From a virus (lineage: Duplodnaviria > Heunggongvirae > Uroviricota > Caudoviricetes), in the IMG/VR virus record IMGVR_UViG_3300006226_001702, positions 11,064 to 75,063 of that record: DNA of 64,000 nt. One strand, given 5' to 3'. Positions within the stretch are counted from its first letter, which is position 1, and each line of letters starts with the position of its first letter. Under the pieces are notes generated by a model that ran no database searches, was not told where the DNA came from, and saw only the letters and a list, made by a program, of their open reading frames with translations. Positions 1 to 10,175 of this stretch are shown one piece after another. The position numbers and the translations under genes were made by a program.

Positions 1-398
1 TTTTTAATACCTTTTAATTTTTTACTTAAATGTTGTCTTTGTTCTTCTGTTCTTACTTTTCCAATATTCCATTTTCCTTTTATTTTATTAAAATCAGAAT
101 TAGAATTAACATAGTCCCAACCACCATTTCCACCTGTTGTCATGTTCAATCCATTATTTATTGTATCAAATTCTTTTATATAAAACATTTCCCAATAATC
201 TAATTCATTAGTTTCTTTTATTATTTCAAAAGAAAAATTATCAATACCATACTTTCTCATAGAATAATATAAATGACTATTTAATGTTAGATATAATTTC
301 TTATGTTCATACCATCTTTTATAAATGTTAGTTGACTTCCCAATGTACATTTTACCGTTTATTAAGTTTGTAATTTTATATATACCATTTATTTTCAT
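1..398 (-). CDS. GIY-YIG homing endonuclease (partial; 3' end runs off window start)
   Basis: Minus-strand frame open to position 1; N-terminus MKINGIYKITNLINGKMYIGKSTNIYKRWYEHK matches the GIY..YIG..R..E pattern of I-TevI-like nucleases; alternative in-frame ATG at 419; ATG at 398 lies in the conserved AACTAAATAATATG context. Confidence 0.65.
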   Translation of the reverse strand, partial: MKINGIYKITNLINGKMYIGKSTNIYKRWYEHKKLYLTLNSHLYYSMRKYGIDNFSFEIIKETNELDYWEMFYIKEFDTINNGLNMTTGGNGGWDYVNSNSDFNKIKGKWNIGKVRTEEQRQHLSKKLKGIK

Positions 399-472
399 AT
401 TATTTAGTTTTAATTCCATTTTAAGATATGTTTGTCCCAATTTAAGAATTGACGATTTAAACTCATTATATT

Positions 473-1483
473 ATGGTTAAAATAGAAAATGCAACTTTAT
501 ATAATGATGATTGCTTCAACGTTTTTAAGAAAATTCCAGATGAATCAGTAGATTTAATAGTAACAGACCCGCCTTACGGTATATCAGCAGGTAACACTTA
601 TCATAACCCAAATGAAGCTAAATGGGATAAGTTCAAAGATAGTGAGTTCATTGAGTTCACAACTAAATGGTTGTTAGAAGCTTATAGAGTTCTAAAACCA
701 ACAGGCTCATGTTGGTTCTTTTTTGGGCCCACTAAAATCCACGAGATATTTGAAGCTGTTCATTCTACTGAGTTCATCAATAATCTTGACAACTGGGCTA
801 TTTATGCTCGTGAATCAGGACGAGGCACAACTAAAAAATTGAAGTCACTTCGAGAGGATATCTTTCATTTAACTAAGAGCAAAACTTATCAATGGAATAG
901 TGTCGAATATCTTCGTAAAGTGATTGCTCCATACAAAATGAAAGGTGGGATTAAAAGAGGATGGGATTATGGCCCAGATGGAAAGACGCCATTGAGGTTC
1001 ACATCACTTGGTAACATAATGGCTTTTAGTAGCGAATGTCAATTTGATGAAAAATCTCAAAAGAAGGGAACAGTGTGTGATATAGCTTCTGGATTGCCAC
1101 TCAAGTTTGACGGCTATCCATCTGATGTAACTTTTTTCGTCAATCCATCATATAACAACAAATTTGACAAGGCAATTCATTCTTGTCAAAAACCAATTCT
1201 ATTGTTATCAATGCTAATTATGATTTCAAGTAGGGAAGGGGAAACTGTCTTGGACCCATTTTTTGGTTCTGGAAGTTGTGCAGTCGCTGCAAAAATTTGT
1301 GATAGAAAGTTCATCGGCTTTGAGCGTGAACTCGGCACATTCACATCCGCTGTCAAATTTATTAAAGATTTTCCGTATGAGACGGCAGAAAAGTATATTC
1401 AGAATCATGCGTCATCCTCTGAGAAAGGTTTTCGTTTTGGGCAGGATAAACGATTAGTGTGCAAAAAAGATTGTACCACTTAA
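473..1483 (+). CDS. DNA methyltransferase, beta-class amino-MTase (N6-adenine or N4-cytosine)
   Basis: Motif IV DPPY (LIVTDPPYG) precedes motif I FxGxG (LDPFFGSGS), the permuted order typical of beta-class N6A/N4C methylases. Confidence 0.8.
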   Translation: MVKIENATLYNDDCFNVFKKIPDESVDLIVTDPPYGISAGNTYHNPNEAKWDKFKDSEFIEFTTKWLLEAYRVLKPTGSCWFFFGPTKIHEIFEAVHSTEFINNLDNWAIYARESGRGTTKKLKSLREDIFHLTKSKTYQWNSVEYLRKVIAPYKMKGGIKRGWDYGPDGKTPLRFTSLGNIMAFSSECQFDEKSQKKGTVCDIASGLPLKFDGYPSDVTFFVNPSYNNKFDKAIHSCQKPILLLSMLIMISSREGETVLDPFFGSGSCAVAAKICDRKFIGFERELGTFTSAVKFIKDFPYETAEKYIQNHASSSEKGFRFGQDKRLVCKKDCTT

Positions 1484-1788
1484 AGCCAGTCCTCATCATC
1501 ACCAACTAAATCGTCTAATTTGATTTTTTCATTAACAGTTTCATAACCCAAGTCTTCTTCCTCTTGAGTGTTGTCAACTATGTCTTCATCATCGTCATAT
1601 AAGTCATAACTGTCATCAAACAACTCGCTATCCTCTTCAACATATTTCATGTCTTCAATGAGGGCTGATAGATTATCATTCATTATGCGGAATGCTTTTG
1701 CCTTATCAAATGAGTCTTCTACCATATCCTTGGCTATTTTTTGAATGTGTAATAGTCGATTATAGACTGTATCAATATCTCTTGTCAT
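1480..1788 (-). CDS. hypothetical acidic protein
   Basis: 102-aa ORF, ATGA overlap with methylase stop region, strongly acidic C-terminus (DDSYDLYDDDEDIVD). Confidence 0.45.
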   Translation of the reverse strand: MTRDIDTVYNRLLHIQKIAKDMVEDSFDKAKAFRIMNDNLSALIEDMKYVEEDSELFDDSYDLYDDDEDIVDNTQEEEDLGYETVNEKIKLDDLVGDDEDWL

Positions 1789-1814
1789 AGGTTTACAGAA
1801 TATAACAAAAAGTG

Positions 1815-2018
1815 TTACCTTTTGTTAACCTTCGCTCTCCCATTACATTTTTGGATTGCCTTGTCTAATACGCAAATTAAGTTGTTATAGTCGGAAGACA
1901 TTGCATCATCCATTACAACTTTAATCTCGTCAGCCGTGAACTTTTGGTCTTTCATTGCTCTTGAGGTGTAACCCATCAAAGAGAACGCATTTCCATCAAC
2001 ACCAACTAAATTATACAT
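1815..2018 (-). CDS. hypothetical protein
   Basis: 67-aa ORF packed between flanking minus-strand genes. Confidence 0.35.
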   Translation of the reverse strand: MYNLVGVDGNAFSLMGYTSRAMKDQKFTADEIKVVMDDAMSSDYNNLICVLDKAIQKCNGRAKVNKR

Positions 2019-2466
2019 TTAATTCTCCTTGCAATTTAAGATTCTCTAAACGAAAATCATTTTGGTCTCTATTTTCTTTTCTGACTCGTTCCCATTCATT
2101 TAAGTTTATGTTATTGAAATGTTCATAAATAAATCTCGCAGCTGATGTAGTTCCAAGCCAACCTTTTGAGAGGCGCCACTGAGCTGGAACAAAATAACCT
2201 TTTGAGTTTGTATATTCTTTTTGATATTTTAAGAATTGAACATTGCCTTTTATTTGAAGAGCGGCGTTTCCCCTGATAAAGTCAACCATCTCTTTTCCGA
2301 TGATTGTTATAAACCTTTCAGGATGTTTGTTAGGTGAAAGTCTAATTTGAAAGTTTTCGGCTTCATGGGATGATTGAAACATTCTAACAGTTTGAGCAGG
2401 TTCTCTTACTCTTTTACTTTTGCCTAAACTGTTCCTAATACCTTTGGCCATATTTAATGCCTCCAA
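2011..2466 (-). CDS. hypothetical protein
   Basis: 151-aa ORF, no recognisable motif. Confidence 0.5.
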   Translation of the reverse strand: MEALNMAKGIRNSLGKSKRVREPAQTVRMFQSSHEAENFQIRLSPNKHPERFITIIGKEMVDFIRGNAALQIKGNVQFLKYQKEYTNSKGYFVPAQWRLSKGWLGTTSAARFIYEHFNNINLNEWERVRKENRDQNDFRLENLKLQGELNV

Positions 2467-2476
2467 AAAAGATTAA

Positions 2477-2549
2477 AGCAGGTAAGGGGATTCGAACCCC
2501 TGACATGAAGTTTGGAAAACTCCAACTCTACCAACTGAGTTACACCTGC
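2477..2549 (-). tRNA. tRNA-Gly (anticodon UCC)
   Basis: Hand-folded cloverleaf on minus strand: acceptor GCAGGTG/TACCTGC, D-stem ACTC/GAGT, anticodon stem GGAGT/ACTTC with loop TTTCCAA (U33, anticodon TCC, A37), T-arm AGGGG-TTCGAAT-CCCCT; 73 nt, CCA not encoded. Confidence 0.8.
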
Positions 2550-2555
2550 ATCATT

Positions 2556-2837
2556 CTATTTCATGTAGAACTTGTAAGTGTTTACGTTAGAAATATCCAC
2601 AAATTTGGGGCTGGAAGGCTCCCAAGTGTAGACACTAACCCATCTTTCTACATGGCGGCGGGTAAAAATGCGAGCATTGTGATCGCAGATTTTCCAAGGG
2701 TTGTAAAGCCTTTTGTATGCCATGCCGTCTTCAACATCAGCGGTGTGGCGGACTTTTCTGTTAGCCGCTCTTTTCTGCCAAACTTTGCGGCAGTCATTGT
2801 CGCTGAATCCACCGAATTTTTTGTAGCTTCTTGCCAT
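2556..2837 (-). CDS. hypothetical basic protein
   Basis: 93-aa ORF preceded by AAGGAGAAAACTT-ATG Shine-Dalgarno. Confidence 0.5.
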   Translation of the reverse strand: MARSYKKFGGFSDNDCRKVWQKRAANRKVRHTADVEDGMAYKRLYNPWKICDHNARIFTRRHVERWVSVYTWEPSSPKFVDISNVNTYKFYMK

Positions 2838-2893
2838 AAGTTTTCTCCTTACTTACAACATATCAGCCTCCTTACGTTTTTATTTTAGATTAA

Positions 2894-3139
2894 CTATCTA
2901 CCAAAAATAGCTGCCAACGCAACCATTATGATTCCAATAAAAATTAGTAATCCCAGCCCAACTGCAGCTCCAATCCAAAGAGGGAAAAACACCCAGAACC
3001 AAGTTAACCAAGAGAAGTCGCCATTAAGCGCTCCTGCATTGTCCAAAAGTTTGAGTACAAGGAATACCACAAAGACTACTCCGCCCAAACCAATTCCACC
3101 TGACACTACGCGTGTTCTCTCTTCCATTTCAAACCTCAC
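2894..3139 (-). CDS. small membrane protein
   Basis: 81 aa with two long hydrophobic stretches (GGVVFVVFLVLKLL; FFPLWIGAAVGLGLLIFIGIIMVALAAIFG). Confidence 0.45.
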   Translation of the reverse strand: MRFEMEERTRVVSGGIGLGGVVFVVFLVLKLLDNAGALNGDFSWLTWFWVFFPLWIGAAVGLGLLIFIGIIMVALAAIFGR

Positions 3140-3284
3140 TCACTAGGAATTAGGACTTCCATCACATATATGAAATCGTCCCATGTCATCGTTTCTCCCC
3201 ATCTAAAGCTAATTTCTTTAGTGGTTCCATCATCTCGCATTATCACTAATCTGGGCTTTGGCCCATCTTGGTTTACATAAATTT

Positions 3285-3644
3285 TCATATCGCCATCAAC
3301 TCCGCAAATTGTCTCAGGTACACAATCCTGTCCTGGGTTGTCTGCTTGAATCTTGAATCACAATCCCCGCCAGTCATACCAGAAGTGCTGTACCCATCCC
3401 AATGATCCTTATAATCAAGGGTGCTGTAATAGTTGAATCCATCACCATTATCAAAAGTGAACATAATCTTAAACCAGTCAGTCCCATCAAACTTGCCTTT
3501 GCACATACTGACGGCACAGACATTTTTCCAGTCATAATTATCCCAGTCTCGCTTACCATAAAAGTTGTTATGTTCAGCAATTGACTTGAGAGCAGGGAAA
3601 AGCATTTTCGTATTTGCTGTTTTCTCTCTGATATTTAAGCCCAT
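3285..3644 (-). CDS. hypothetical protein
   Basis: 119-aa ORF. Confidence 0.4.
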   Translation of the reverse strand: MGLNIREKTANTKMLFPALKSIAEHNNFYGKRDWDNYDWKNVCAVSMCKGKFDGTDWFKIMFTFDNGDGFNYYSTLDYKDHWDGYSTSGMTGGDCDSRFKQTTQDRIVYLRQFAELMAI

Positions 3645-3787
3645 ACAAGCTCCGATTTCGCCTTGTTATTCCTTGCGGCACAGGCCTTAGCAGCAGAGTG
3701 AGATGTAAAGGCATGGCGCCTTTTACCCATCCAACATACCCACCAGATTTGCTCGTCTCTTTGCTTTCGTACGGTCCATTGGTTCAT
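3635..3787 (-). CDS. small hypothetical protein
   Basis: Track ORF 3635..3838 trimmed to internal Met (MNQWTVRK) because the upstream 50 nt is occupied by a conserved promoter element. Confidence 0.3.
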   Translation of the reverse strand: MNQWTVRKQRDEQIWWVCWMGKRRHAFTSHSAAKACAARNNKAKSELVWA

Positions 3788-3808
3788 GATAATCTCTCCC
3801 TTATGATA

Positions 3809-3838
3809 ATATATAAGATAAGGGAGATTATCGTTCAA
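3809..3838 (-). promoter_or_regulatory. sigma70-like promoter TTGAAC-N17-TATATA (copy 1)
   Basis: Minus-strand TTGAACgataatctcccttatctTATATATT; exact 17-nt spacing; shares CTTATATA and TTGAAC with four other copies. Confidence 0.5.
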
Positions 3839-3843
3839 AATAT

Positions 3844-5925
3844 CTAAGTTCTAAATTTATTCACTTCTTTAGTGAGATTGTTGATTATATCCTTATTTTT
3901 GACACTAATATCATTGAGATGATTGATAGCCTCATTTATTTGAGCTGTTCCAGAAGCCATTTCATTCATTGACTCAGTTATCTCTTGTGACATTTTCTCT
4001 AAGTTTTCACTCTCTTTGATTACTTCAACAGCACCCTCATTCATTTCATTTGAGCCTCTCATAACTTCTCCAGTGACTCCTTGAATATGGGCTGTTGATT
4101 GTAACAATTGCTTGCTTCCAACTTCTTGTTCTTCCATTGAACATTTGATATTCTCTTCCTGTTCAGCAACAGTTTGCACGCTAGAATCTATCGTTTCAAA
4201 TTTGATTAAGACATCATCGGCTGATGAGTTTATTTCGTCAATGCTTTTCTTAATGTTCTTCAATACACTACTAATCGTTTTTGATTGTCCAGAAGATTCT
4301 TCAGCTAATTTACGAATCTCATTTGCAACTACAGCGAACCCCTTACCAGCATCTCCGGCATGAGCAGCTTCAATGGCGGCATTCATTGAGAGTAAGTTAG
4401 TTTGTGAAGCAATGTCTGCCATAACTTTATTGATATCCATTAAGCTTTCTGACTCTTTTAGAATCTCTTTAGCATCTTCAACAACCTTCTGTAAGCCTGT
4501 CTTACCAATTTCAGCTGCTTCTTTTAAGTCAGTTACATTCTTTGAGTTGTTCACTAATGATGTTGTAACTGAGCGAATGTTTGCAACCATCTGTTCGATA
4601 GCAGATGAAGATTGAGCAATATCATCACTTTGACTTTCAACATGAGCATTGAGCTTTTTGATGTTAGTCACGAGTTGGTCCATTGTGGCATGTGTTTGAG
4701 AAACTGATGCCGTTTGATTTATGACTCTGTCTTTTATGCTTGTGATATTTGCTGTTATTTCATTAACAGCTGCTGCACTTTCAGTCATATTAGAAGATAA
4801 ATCACTACCAACATTTGATAGTATCTCAGCTTCTTTCTTAATGATGTTAACTAAATTACGAATCTTACCTAAAGTTTTGTTGAAATAAACAGCTAAATCA
4901 GTAATTTCATCTTTGCCCTTTTCTTCAATTGATTTAGTTAAGTCGCCTTCACCTTCTGATATATCTTTTAATGTGTTGCTAACTTTTGTTAGCGGTCTAT
5001 TTATTGATAAACTGATTAGGATTGATAAGCCAACACCAACTATGAAACAGATTAAGCCAATAGTCAACACTAAAAACAATGCTGCATTTAATTCAGCATC
5101 AATTTCTGACTCTTCCATTGTTATGAATAATAACCAAGGTCTATCTGGAACTTCTGTGAATGCTACTTTATAATTTATGTTGTTCCAAACATAATAACCA
5201 AATCCTGATTCTTCTTGAATAGCCTTTTGCATCATTTCTGATATGCTTACAAAACTTTGATTAGTTCTAGCTTCTTCAAATATGTTAACTTGATTTAACA
5301 CATAATCATTATTTCTTGGATAAGCAATAAAAGTCCCTCTTGTATCAATCATGTAAGCATAACCACTTGGAAAACGGGTACCAATACCGCTAACTAAAAA
5401 TGAAATGTCTTCTCTAGCAACTAAAAGAGCTATGAGTTCAGTTCTCTCTTCATCAGCAAACACTGGAGCAACTAACATAACTACTGCATTGTTAGTTATT
5501 CGACTAATCAATACATTTGATATGAGCGGTTGCTTTGTTCTGTATGCTTCAATAATATAATCTCTATCACCTAAGTTACTAACAGCATCATCTGAAAGAT
5601 ATCTATAGGTTCCGTCTGGCCAAACCATACCGAGTTCTAAATAGCCAATTCTATCTCTATCGTGAATTAAACTGTGTTTAATCACATCATCCCATTCCAA
5701 AGTTCTCACTGATGGCCTTGACGCAATTTCAACTAAGATATTGAGTCGTCCATAGAGTTTTTCATTTATTAGTAAAGAATAAACATCTGTTCTAGTTTTT
5801 AGTTCTTCGAAATGGTATGATTGTATGCTTTTTCTTTTCGCATTTTGAACTGGGATAACTATGCTTAACGTAGTTAAGAAGATAATTATCCCAAACAAAA
5901 TGGGTATCTTAAACTTTAATTTCAT
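3844..5925 (-). CDS. methyl-accepting chemotaxis protein (Cache-like sensor, HAMP, MCP signalling domain)
   Basis: N-terminal TM helix, ~250-aa periplasmic region, second TM ([24 protein letters not shown]), HAMP segment, and canonical signalling hairpin [34 protein letters not shown]. Confidence 0.85.
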   Translation of the reverse strand: MKLKFKIPILFGIIIFLTTLSIVIPVQNAKRKSIQSYHFEELKTRTDVYSLLINEKLYGRLNILVEIASRPSVRTLEWDDVIKHSLIHDRDRIGYLELGMVWPDGTYRYLSDDAVSNLGDRDYIIEAYRTKQPLISNVLISRITNNAVVMLVAPVFADEERTELIALLVAREDISFLVSGIGTRFPSGYAYMIDTRGTFIAYPRNNDYVLNQVNIFEEARTNQSFVSISEMMQKAIQEESGFGYYVWNNINYKVAFTEVPDRPWLLFITMEESEIDAELNAALFLVLTIGLICFIVGVGLSILISLSINRPLTKVSNTLKDISEGEGDLTKSIEEKGKDEITDLAVYFNKTLGKIRNLVNIIKKEAEILSNVGSDLSSNMTESAAAVNEITANITSIKDRVINQTASVSQTHATMDQLVTNIKKLNAHVESQSDDIAQSSSAIEQMVANIRSVTTSLVNNSKNVTDLKEAAEIGKTGLQKVVEDAKEILKESESLMDINKVMADIASQTNLLSMNAAIEAAHAGDAGKGFAVVANEIRKLAEESSGQSKTISSVLKNIKKSIDEINSSADDVLIKFETIDSSVQTVAEQEENIKCSMEEQEVGSKQLLQSTAHIQGVTGEVMRGSNEMNEGAVEVIKESENLEKMSQEITESMNEMASGTAQINEAINHLNDISVKNKDIINNLTKEVNKFRT

Positions 5926-5954
5926 CTTACTTCCTTCTTGTTAAGTGAAAAAAT

Positions 5955-7331
5955 TTAGGCTGATTGCCCAATACAACCAGTCACCTTCCTTTTGCCGTAA
6001 TGTTTCACGGCCTCTATAATGTCTTGTTTTGATAAGCTATATTTTTTGAGTATCTTAAATGCTTTATTTAAAAGCCACACTACATCTTTGCGTTTCATTT
6101 CATATTCTTCAGATAGTTCGTCTACATCTTTATAGTTTTCTTTTATCCACCAATTTAGCATATTAGCTGGGTTCGGCTTGTTTGCTGGAATCCAAAATTC
6201 CTCATCTTCAAAAGCTGATGAAAGATGTGTTAAGAAGTCAGTCTCTTTTGGAGGTTCCGCAATGGCTTCGATTTCTCTTTCAGTTTCAGCCGCTGGGCTA
6301 CTACTCATCGCATTTAGATATGATGCAACTTTACTGTTGCCCAAATGTTGAATAGCAGTCATCAACTCTTGACCAGATATGTTATAGTCAGCAAGTTTCT
6401 TTTGAGCTGTATCCATTAAAGTTGCAGCTGAATTTCTTGAAATGCCAAACTTGGCACCCATAGCTCTAAACTCAGCTTTTGGATTTTCTATTATCTCGTG
6501 AAAGATATCTGCTGCTGTAACTCCTTTTGTGTCCTTTCTAAGTGCAGGATCTTGTACATAATTTTTCCATTTTTTTAGAAACTCTGTAGCATATAGATTA
6601 TCATCTACTTCCTTAAACGAATTTTCATAAGCTGCTTCGAATGTGTCATCTTTATAACCACGAGATGTGTGTGACATTGACTCATCATCCCATTCATTAT
6701 CATCAACATCACTATCATACCAAGTTGGTTCATACTGATGTACTTTAACTGATGCACTACCACCGGAAAGTTCCTTACCAGTAATGCCACCTGTGTCCTT
6801 TGACAAATTAGAATTCACAGCTGCATTCTTCAAAAGCATCTTATATTTATTAGCAAAAACTCCCATGATACTTTCTTCGGAGTTTTTACTGACATCAAAT
6901 CCACCAGTTCTTTCTCCGTCTTTATTAGTTGTACCAAAAAGAGCACTTGTTCCTTCTTTACTATTGAACTCATCGAAACCACCAGTGAGAACCATCCATG
7001 CTATTCCAAGCCATTGTTCCCATGCACTTTCATGTTGAATACGATAACGTCGCATTTCTCCTGATGGACCAAGATAATTTTTCCAGAATGCTTGCTGAAT
7101 AACAGGCTCCATTTTGTAGAAAAGATATTCTAAAGCACCCTTATCTTTCTTTTTTGCTGCTTCAAAAACCTCTTTATTACTCTTTCCAGCCCATTTATTT
7201 ATAGAAGAAGGCAAGACTATTTTAGCTACACTAAAATCTTTGGCAGTTTTATATCCTTCTAGTAGTTTTTGATGTCTAACTCGTTCTTTTATTTGAGTAA
7301 GCATCTGAAAATTAAGTTCGTCTAAGTTCAT
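5955..7331 (-). CDS. hypothetical protein, possible sigma-70-family-like regulator
   Basis: 458 aa; C-terminal LSEEYEMKRKDVVWLLNKAFKILKK resembles a sigma region 4.2 HTH; weak region-2-like segment; first gene of a minus block with the AACTAAATAATATG start context. Confidence 0.3.
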   Translation of the reverse strand: MNLDELNFQMLTQIKERVRHQKLLEGYKTAKDFSVAKIVLPSSINKWAGKSNKEVFEAAKKKDKGALEYLFYKMEPVIQQAFWKNYLGPSGEMRRYRIQHESAWEQWLGIAWMVLTGGFDEFNSKEGTSALFGTTNKDGERTGGFDVSKNSEESIMGVFANKYKMLLKNAAVNSNLSKDTGGITGKELSGGSASVKVHQYEPTWYDSDVDDNEWDDESMSHTSRGYKDDTFEAAYENSFKEVDDNLYATEFLKKWKNYVQDPALRKDTKGVTAADIFHEIIENPKAEFRAMGAKFGISRNSAATLMDTAQKKLADYNISGQELMTAIQHLGNSKVASYLNAMSSSPAAETEREIEAIAEPPKETDFLTHLSSAFEDEEFWIPANKPNPANMLNWWIKENYKDVDELSEEYEMKRKDVVWLLNKAFKILKKYSLSKQDIIEAVKHYGKRKVTGCIGQSA

Positions 7332-7372
7332 ATTATTTAGTTAAATTGATAACTAACTATTAAGGAATAATA

Positions 7373-7909
7373 ATGAATTCACATTTTGATAACTTAAAAG
7401 AGAATAACACACTAGCTCCTGTTGATGGTGAGCAATTACAAGAATATTACAACCCAAAACATTTAACTAAACGAGATAGCGGACTATTAGCAACGATTTC
7501 TAAAAGTTCAATAACAGCAATTGAATCAACTATTGGTTCATTATCTCACTTACTTCAGAACTTAAAAATCTACAAAGAATGTATGATTGATTCAATTAAC
7601 TTACAAGCTGAAAGTGCTGATATTGCAACAAAATATGGCAATGAAATTCCACAACAAGTTAACTCACTTCCTGGCGTTATTTCAATTCCAGCATCTTATG
7701 ACTTGGGTTCAATTCGCACAGATAATGACAGAATGATGGCAATTAAAGACCAAAAAGATAAGGTGGCTAACCAGAAAGAAATCTATTTAAGAATCTCAAA
7801 TGAAGATGTTAGGTTATTCTTGTCTGCATGGAAAAGACTCAATTTGACTAATGCTGCGTTTGACGAGTTCATTGAAGGATTAAACAAGCAAATTAACCCT
7901 TCATACTAA
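7373..7909 (+). CDS. hypothetical protein
   Basis: 178-aa ORF, first gene of a plus-strand block, AGGA RBS. Confidence 0.5.
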   Translation: MNSHFDNLKENNTLAPVDGEQLQEYYNPKHLTKRDSGLLATISKSSITAIESTIGSLSHLLQNLKIYKECMIDSINLQAESADIATKYGNEIPQQVNSLPGVISIPASYDLGSIRTDNDRMMAIKDQKDKVANQKEIYLRISNEDVRLFLSAWKRLNLTNAAFDEFIEGLNKQINPSY

Positions 7910-7923
7910 GGACTAATTAAAAT

Positions 7924-10152
7924 ATGGCTAAGATAAAAGAATCACAATATGTCAGTAATGCTAAACCGCAATCCCAAATTTTTAAGTCAAGCTTCAATAA
8001 GAGATTGTCAAGCTTGTGGGGGTGGCAAGGTGTTAAGCGAAAAGATGCTCAAACTGAATTTGAAAGAGCTAATGGTTTACGTCTCGTTAAGGTAGACGTT
8101 GGTAATGATGCATATAGAGTTAAACATGCTGCTCTTGGAAGCATATTCAAATCAGCTCCGTTAGCAACAACACTCAATAAATACTTCAATGCTTATATAA
8201 ATGAAACTACACTCGTTTATTCTGATATTGCTGAAAGACAGCAACGGCTAAATGAATTACGATTCATGGTGCTTAATGACCCATTCGTATCTCGAGTTTG
8301 TCGTCTCGTTTCGGATGAAGCAACTCAATTAGATGACCAAAACAGATTACTTTCAGTAGAAAGCCCATCAATTCCATTCGTTAACAAATGTTATGAATTG
8401 TTTTCCCAGTGGGGTTTGACACAACAACGCATTTCATCTGCTTGTTATGATGTAGAACAATATGGTGAAGCGCTCTGGGCTCATAGAGTTACAGACAAAG
8501 GTGTTGAAAGAATCATCCCATTGAAAGTTCCAATGCTCAAAGAGAGATTAGAATTCTCAGCCGTTCACATGGCAGAAGTTGTAGCTCAAATGACTGGTGA
8601 ACAGGAAATGATGAAGAACAGAGATTCTAAAATTGGCAAATTAGTCGACTTACTAACGACAAAAGAAGGCAATGAAGCACTCTCTGATTTAGATGACAAT
8701 TTTGCTGATATGTTTGATACGAAACTATTAGGCTTCGAATTTGCAGATGGCATCATGGTTCCACCTTGGCTAATTACACACTTCCGCTATCAAGCTGATA
8801 ATAGTGAGTTTTTCCCTTATGGATATCCACCACTTTTAATGGCGTTAGCACCATTCAAACAATGTTACAGCACAATGGCACTCCAGGGATTAGCAAGAGC
8901 TTCTTCATTCCCAGTTCAAGTGTACAAAGTTAAGGGCACTGAAGGTGTTGGTGTTGCAACTGCTTTTGAAACTGTCAATAGTGTTCGTGAAGACTATGAG
9001 AATATTGGTGTATCTCCAATGACTAACTCTCTAGAAGTTTACACAGTCAACACAAAAGTTTGGGTGCCAGATGGTTTACTTCAAATGGAAATCATCGAAT
9101 CAAAAGTTGATATGGACTTTACTGGTGACTTAGAGTTGTACCAAGATAGAGTTGCAACAGCTTGTGGTGTTCCAAAAGGTTACCTTGACCAAGAGTTTGG
9201 CGGGTTTGGACAAAGTGGTATCGCACTCATGGAACAGTACAAACCATTTGCTAGACATGTATACACAATTCAGTCTGCTTTCCTTGAAGGGTTAGGCCAA
9301 CTTATCAGATTACATTTTGCTATTACTGGTGAATTTGACTATAATATGCCATTCGTTTTGAGCATGAGATTCCCCGCTGAAGATATGGGTGAAGAAAAAC
9401 GCGAAGCTAGATCATCTTCAGTTGAATTAGCAAACAGTATCATCGAATTGTTACAAGGTGTTTTAGGTATGGAAGAAGGCGAAGCTCTTCCAGAAGATGT
9501 TGTTGCTGATATTCTTAGCAAATACACCTTCTTAGACCCAACTGATTTACAACGCTGGTTACGACTTTCTGCTATCGCTAAAGCTGCAGCTGCAGCAGCC
9601 TCTGATGACGCCGATGCTGATGGTGAAGGCGGAGATGATATGGGTGGCGATGACATGGGCGGAGACGATATGGGTGGTGATGATATGGGAGATGATGGCG
9701 GTGAACCAATGCCTGAATCCATATCAGCTCATGAGCGCGCTTATTATCTACGAACTAAAAAACGATTAGCTGAAAACTTGAAAAGAGAAAAGCTAAAAGT
9801 CATAAAAGAAGCTAAATTAAGAAGACTAAAAGAGATAACTGAAAGATACAATGAATGCAAAAACGAAATCTATTTCAGTTGGTTAGCCGAACAAAATCTA
9901 ACTGAATGGCAAAAACCTGGCATATCACATGAGATGCTAATTCCAAAGATAAACACAGCTTCTCCATTATATGAAATGTTCCAAGTGTTAGCTGATAAAA
10001 CAACTCCAATTGGTAGCAGCGGTAGAGCTAGACTAAAAGAAATGTCAGTTCAAGACATGTTAAATGAAAAGAAAGACAATAACATGAACTTAGACCAAAT
10101 GTTGGCAACCCCATTACGTGAGATAAGTGATATAGTCAAGGACAACGAATAA
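7924..10152 (+). CDS. putative portal protein with acidic (GGDDM)n repeat
   Basis: 742-aa protein with no Walker A, upstream of other large virion-like ORFs; acidic repeat-containing C-terminus is common in portals; call rests on size and position only. Confidence 0.3.
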   Translation: MAKIKESQYVSNAKPQSQIFKSSFNKRLSSLWGWQGVKRKDAQTEFERANGLRLVKVDVGNDAYRVKHAALGSIFKSAPLATTLNKYFNAYINETTLVYSDIAERQQRLNELRFMVLNDPFVSRVCRLVSDEATQLDDQNRLLSVESPSIPFVNKCYELFSQWGLTQQRISSACYDVEQYGEALWAHRVTDKGVERIIPLKVPMLKERLEFSAVHMAEVVAQMTGEQEMMKNRDSKIGKLVDLLTTKEGNEALSDLDDNFADMFDTKLLGFEFADGIMVPPWLITHFRYQADNSEFFPYGYPPLLMALAPFKQCYSTMALQGLARASSFPVQVYKVKGTEGVGVATAFETVNSVREDYENIGVSPMTNSLEVYTVNTKVWVPDGLLQMEIIESKVDMDFTGDLELYQDRVATACGVPKGYLDQEFGGFGQSGIALMEQYKPFARHVYTIQSAFLEGLGQLIRLHFAITGEFDYNMPFVLSMRFPAEDMGEEKREARSSSVELANSIIELLQGVLGMEEGEALPEDVVADILSKYTFLDPTDLQRWLRLSAIAKAAAAAASDDADADGEGGDDMGGDDMGGDDMGGDDMGDDGGEPMPESISAHERAYYLRTKKRLAENLKREKLKVIKEAKLRRLKEITERYNECKNEIYFSWLAEQNLTEWQKPGISHEMLIPKINTASPLYEMFQVLADKTTPIGSSGRARLKEMSVQDMLNEKKDNNMNLDQMLATPLREISDIVKDNE
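9628..9702 (+). repeat. in-frame 15-bp tandem repeat x5 encoding GGDDM
   Basis: ggcggagatgatatg/ggtggcgatgacatg/ggcggagacgatatg/ggtggtgatgatatg/ggagatgatggcggt; units differ at synonymous positions. Confidence 0.8.
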
Positions 10153-10175
10153 GTTTTTCTCATACTAAATATTAA

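Noticed and set aside
2457-2888. 143-aa plus-strand ORF
   Set aside because: It overlaps the minus-strand tRNA-Gly and is antisense to the better-supported 2556..2837 gene (which has an RBS); likely spurious
9339-9722. 127-aa minus-strand ORF rich in SSPPISSPP
   Set aside because: It is the antisense reading of the (GGDDM)n tandem repeat inside the putative portal gene, so it is an artefact
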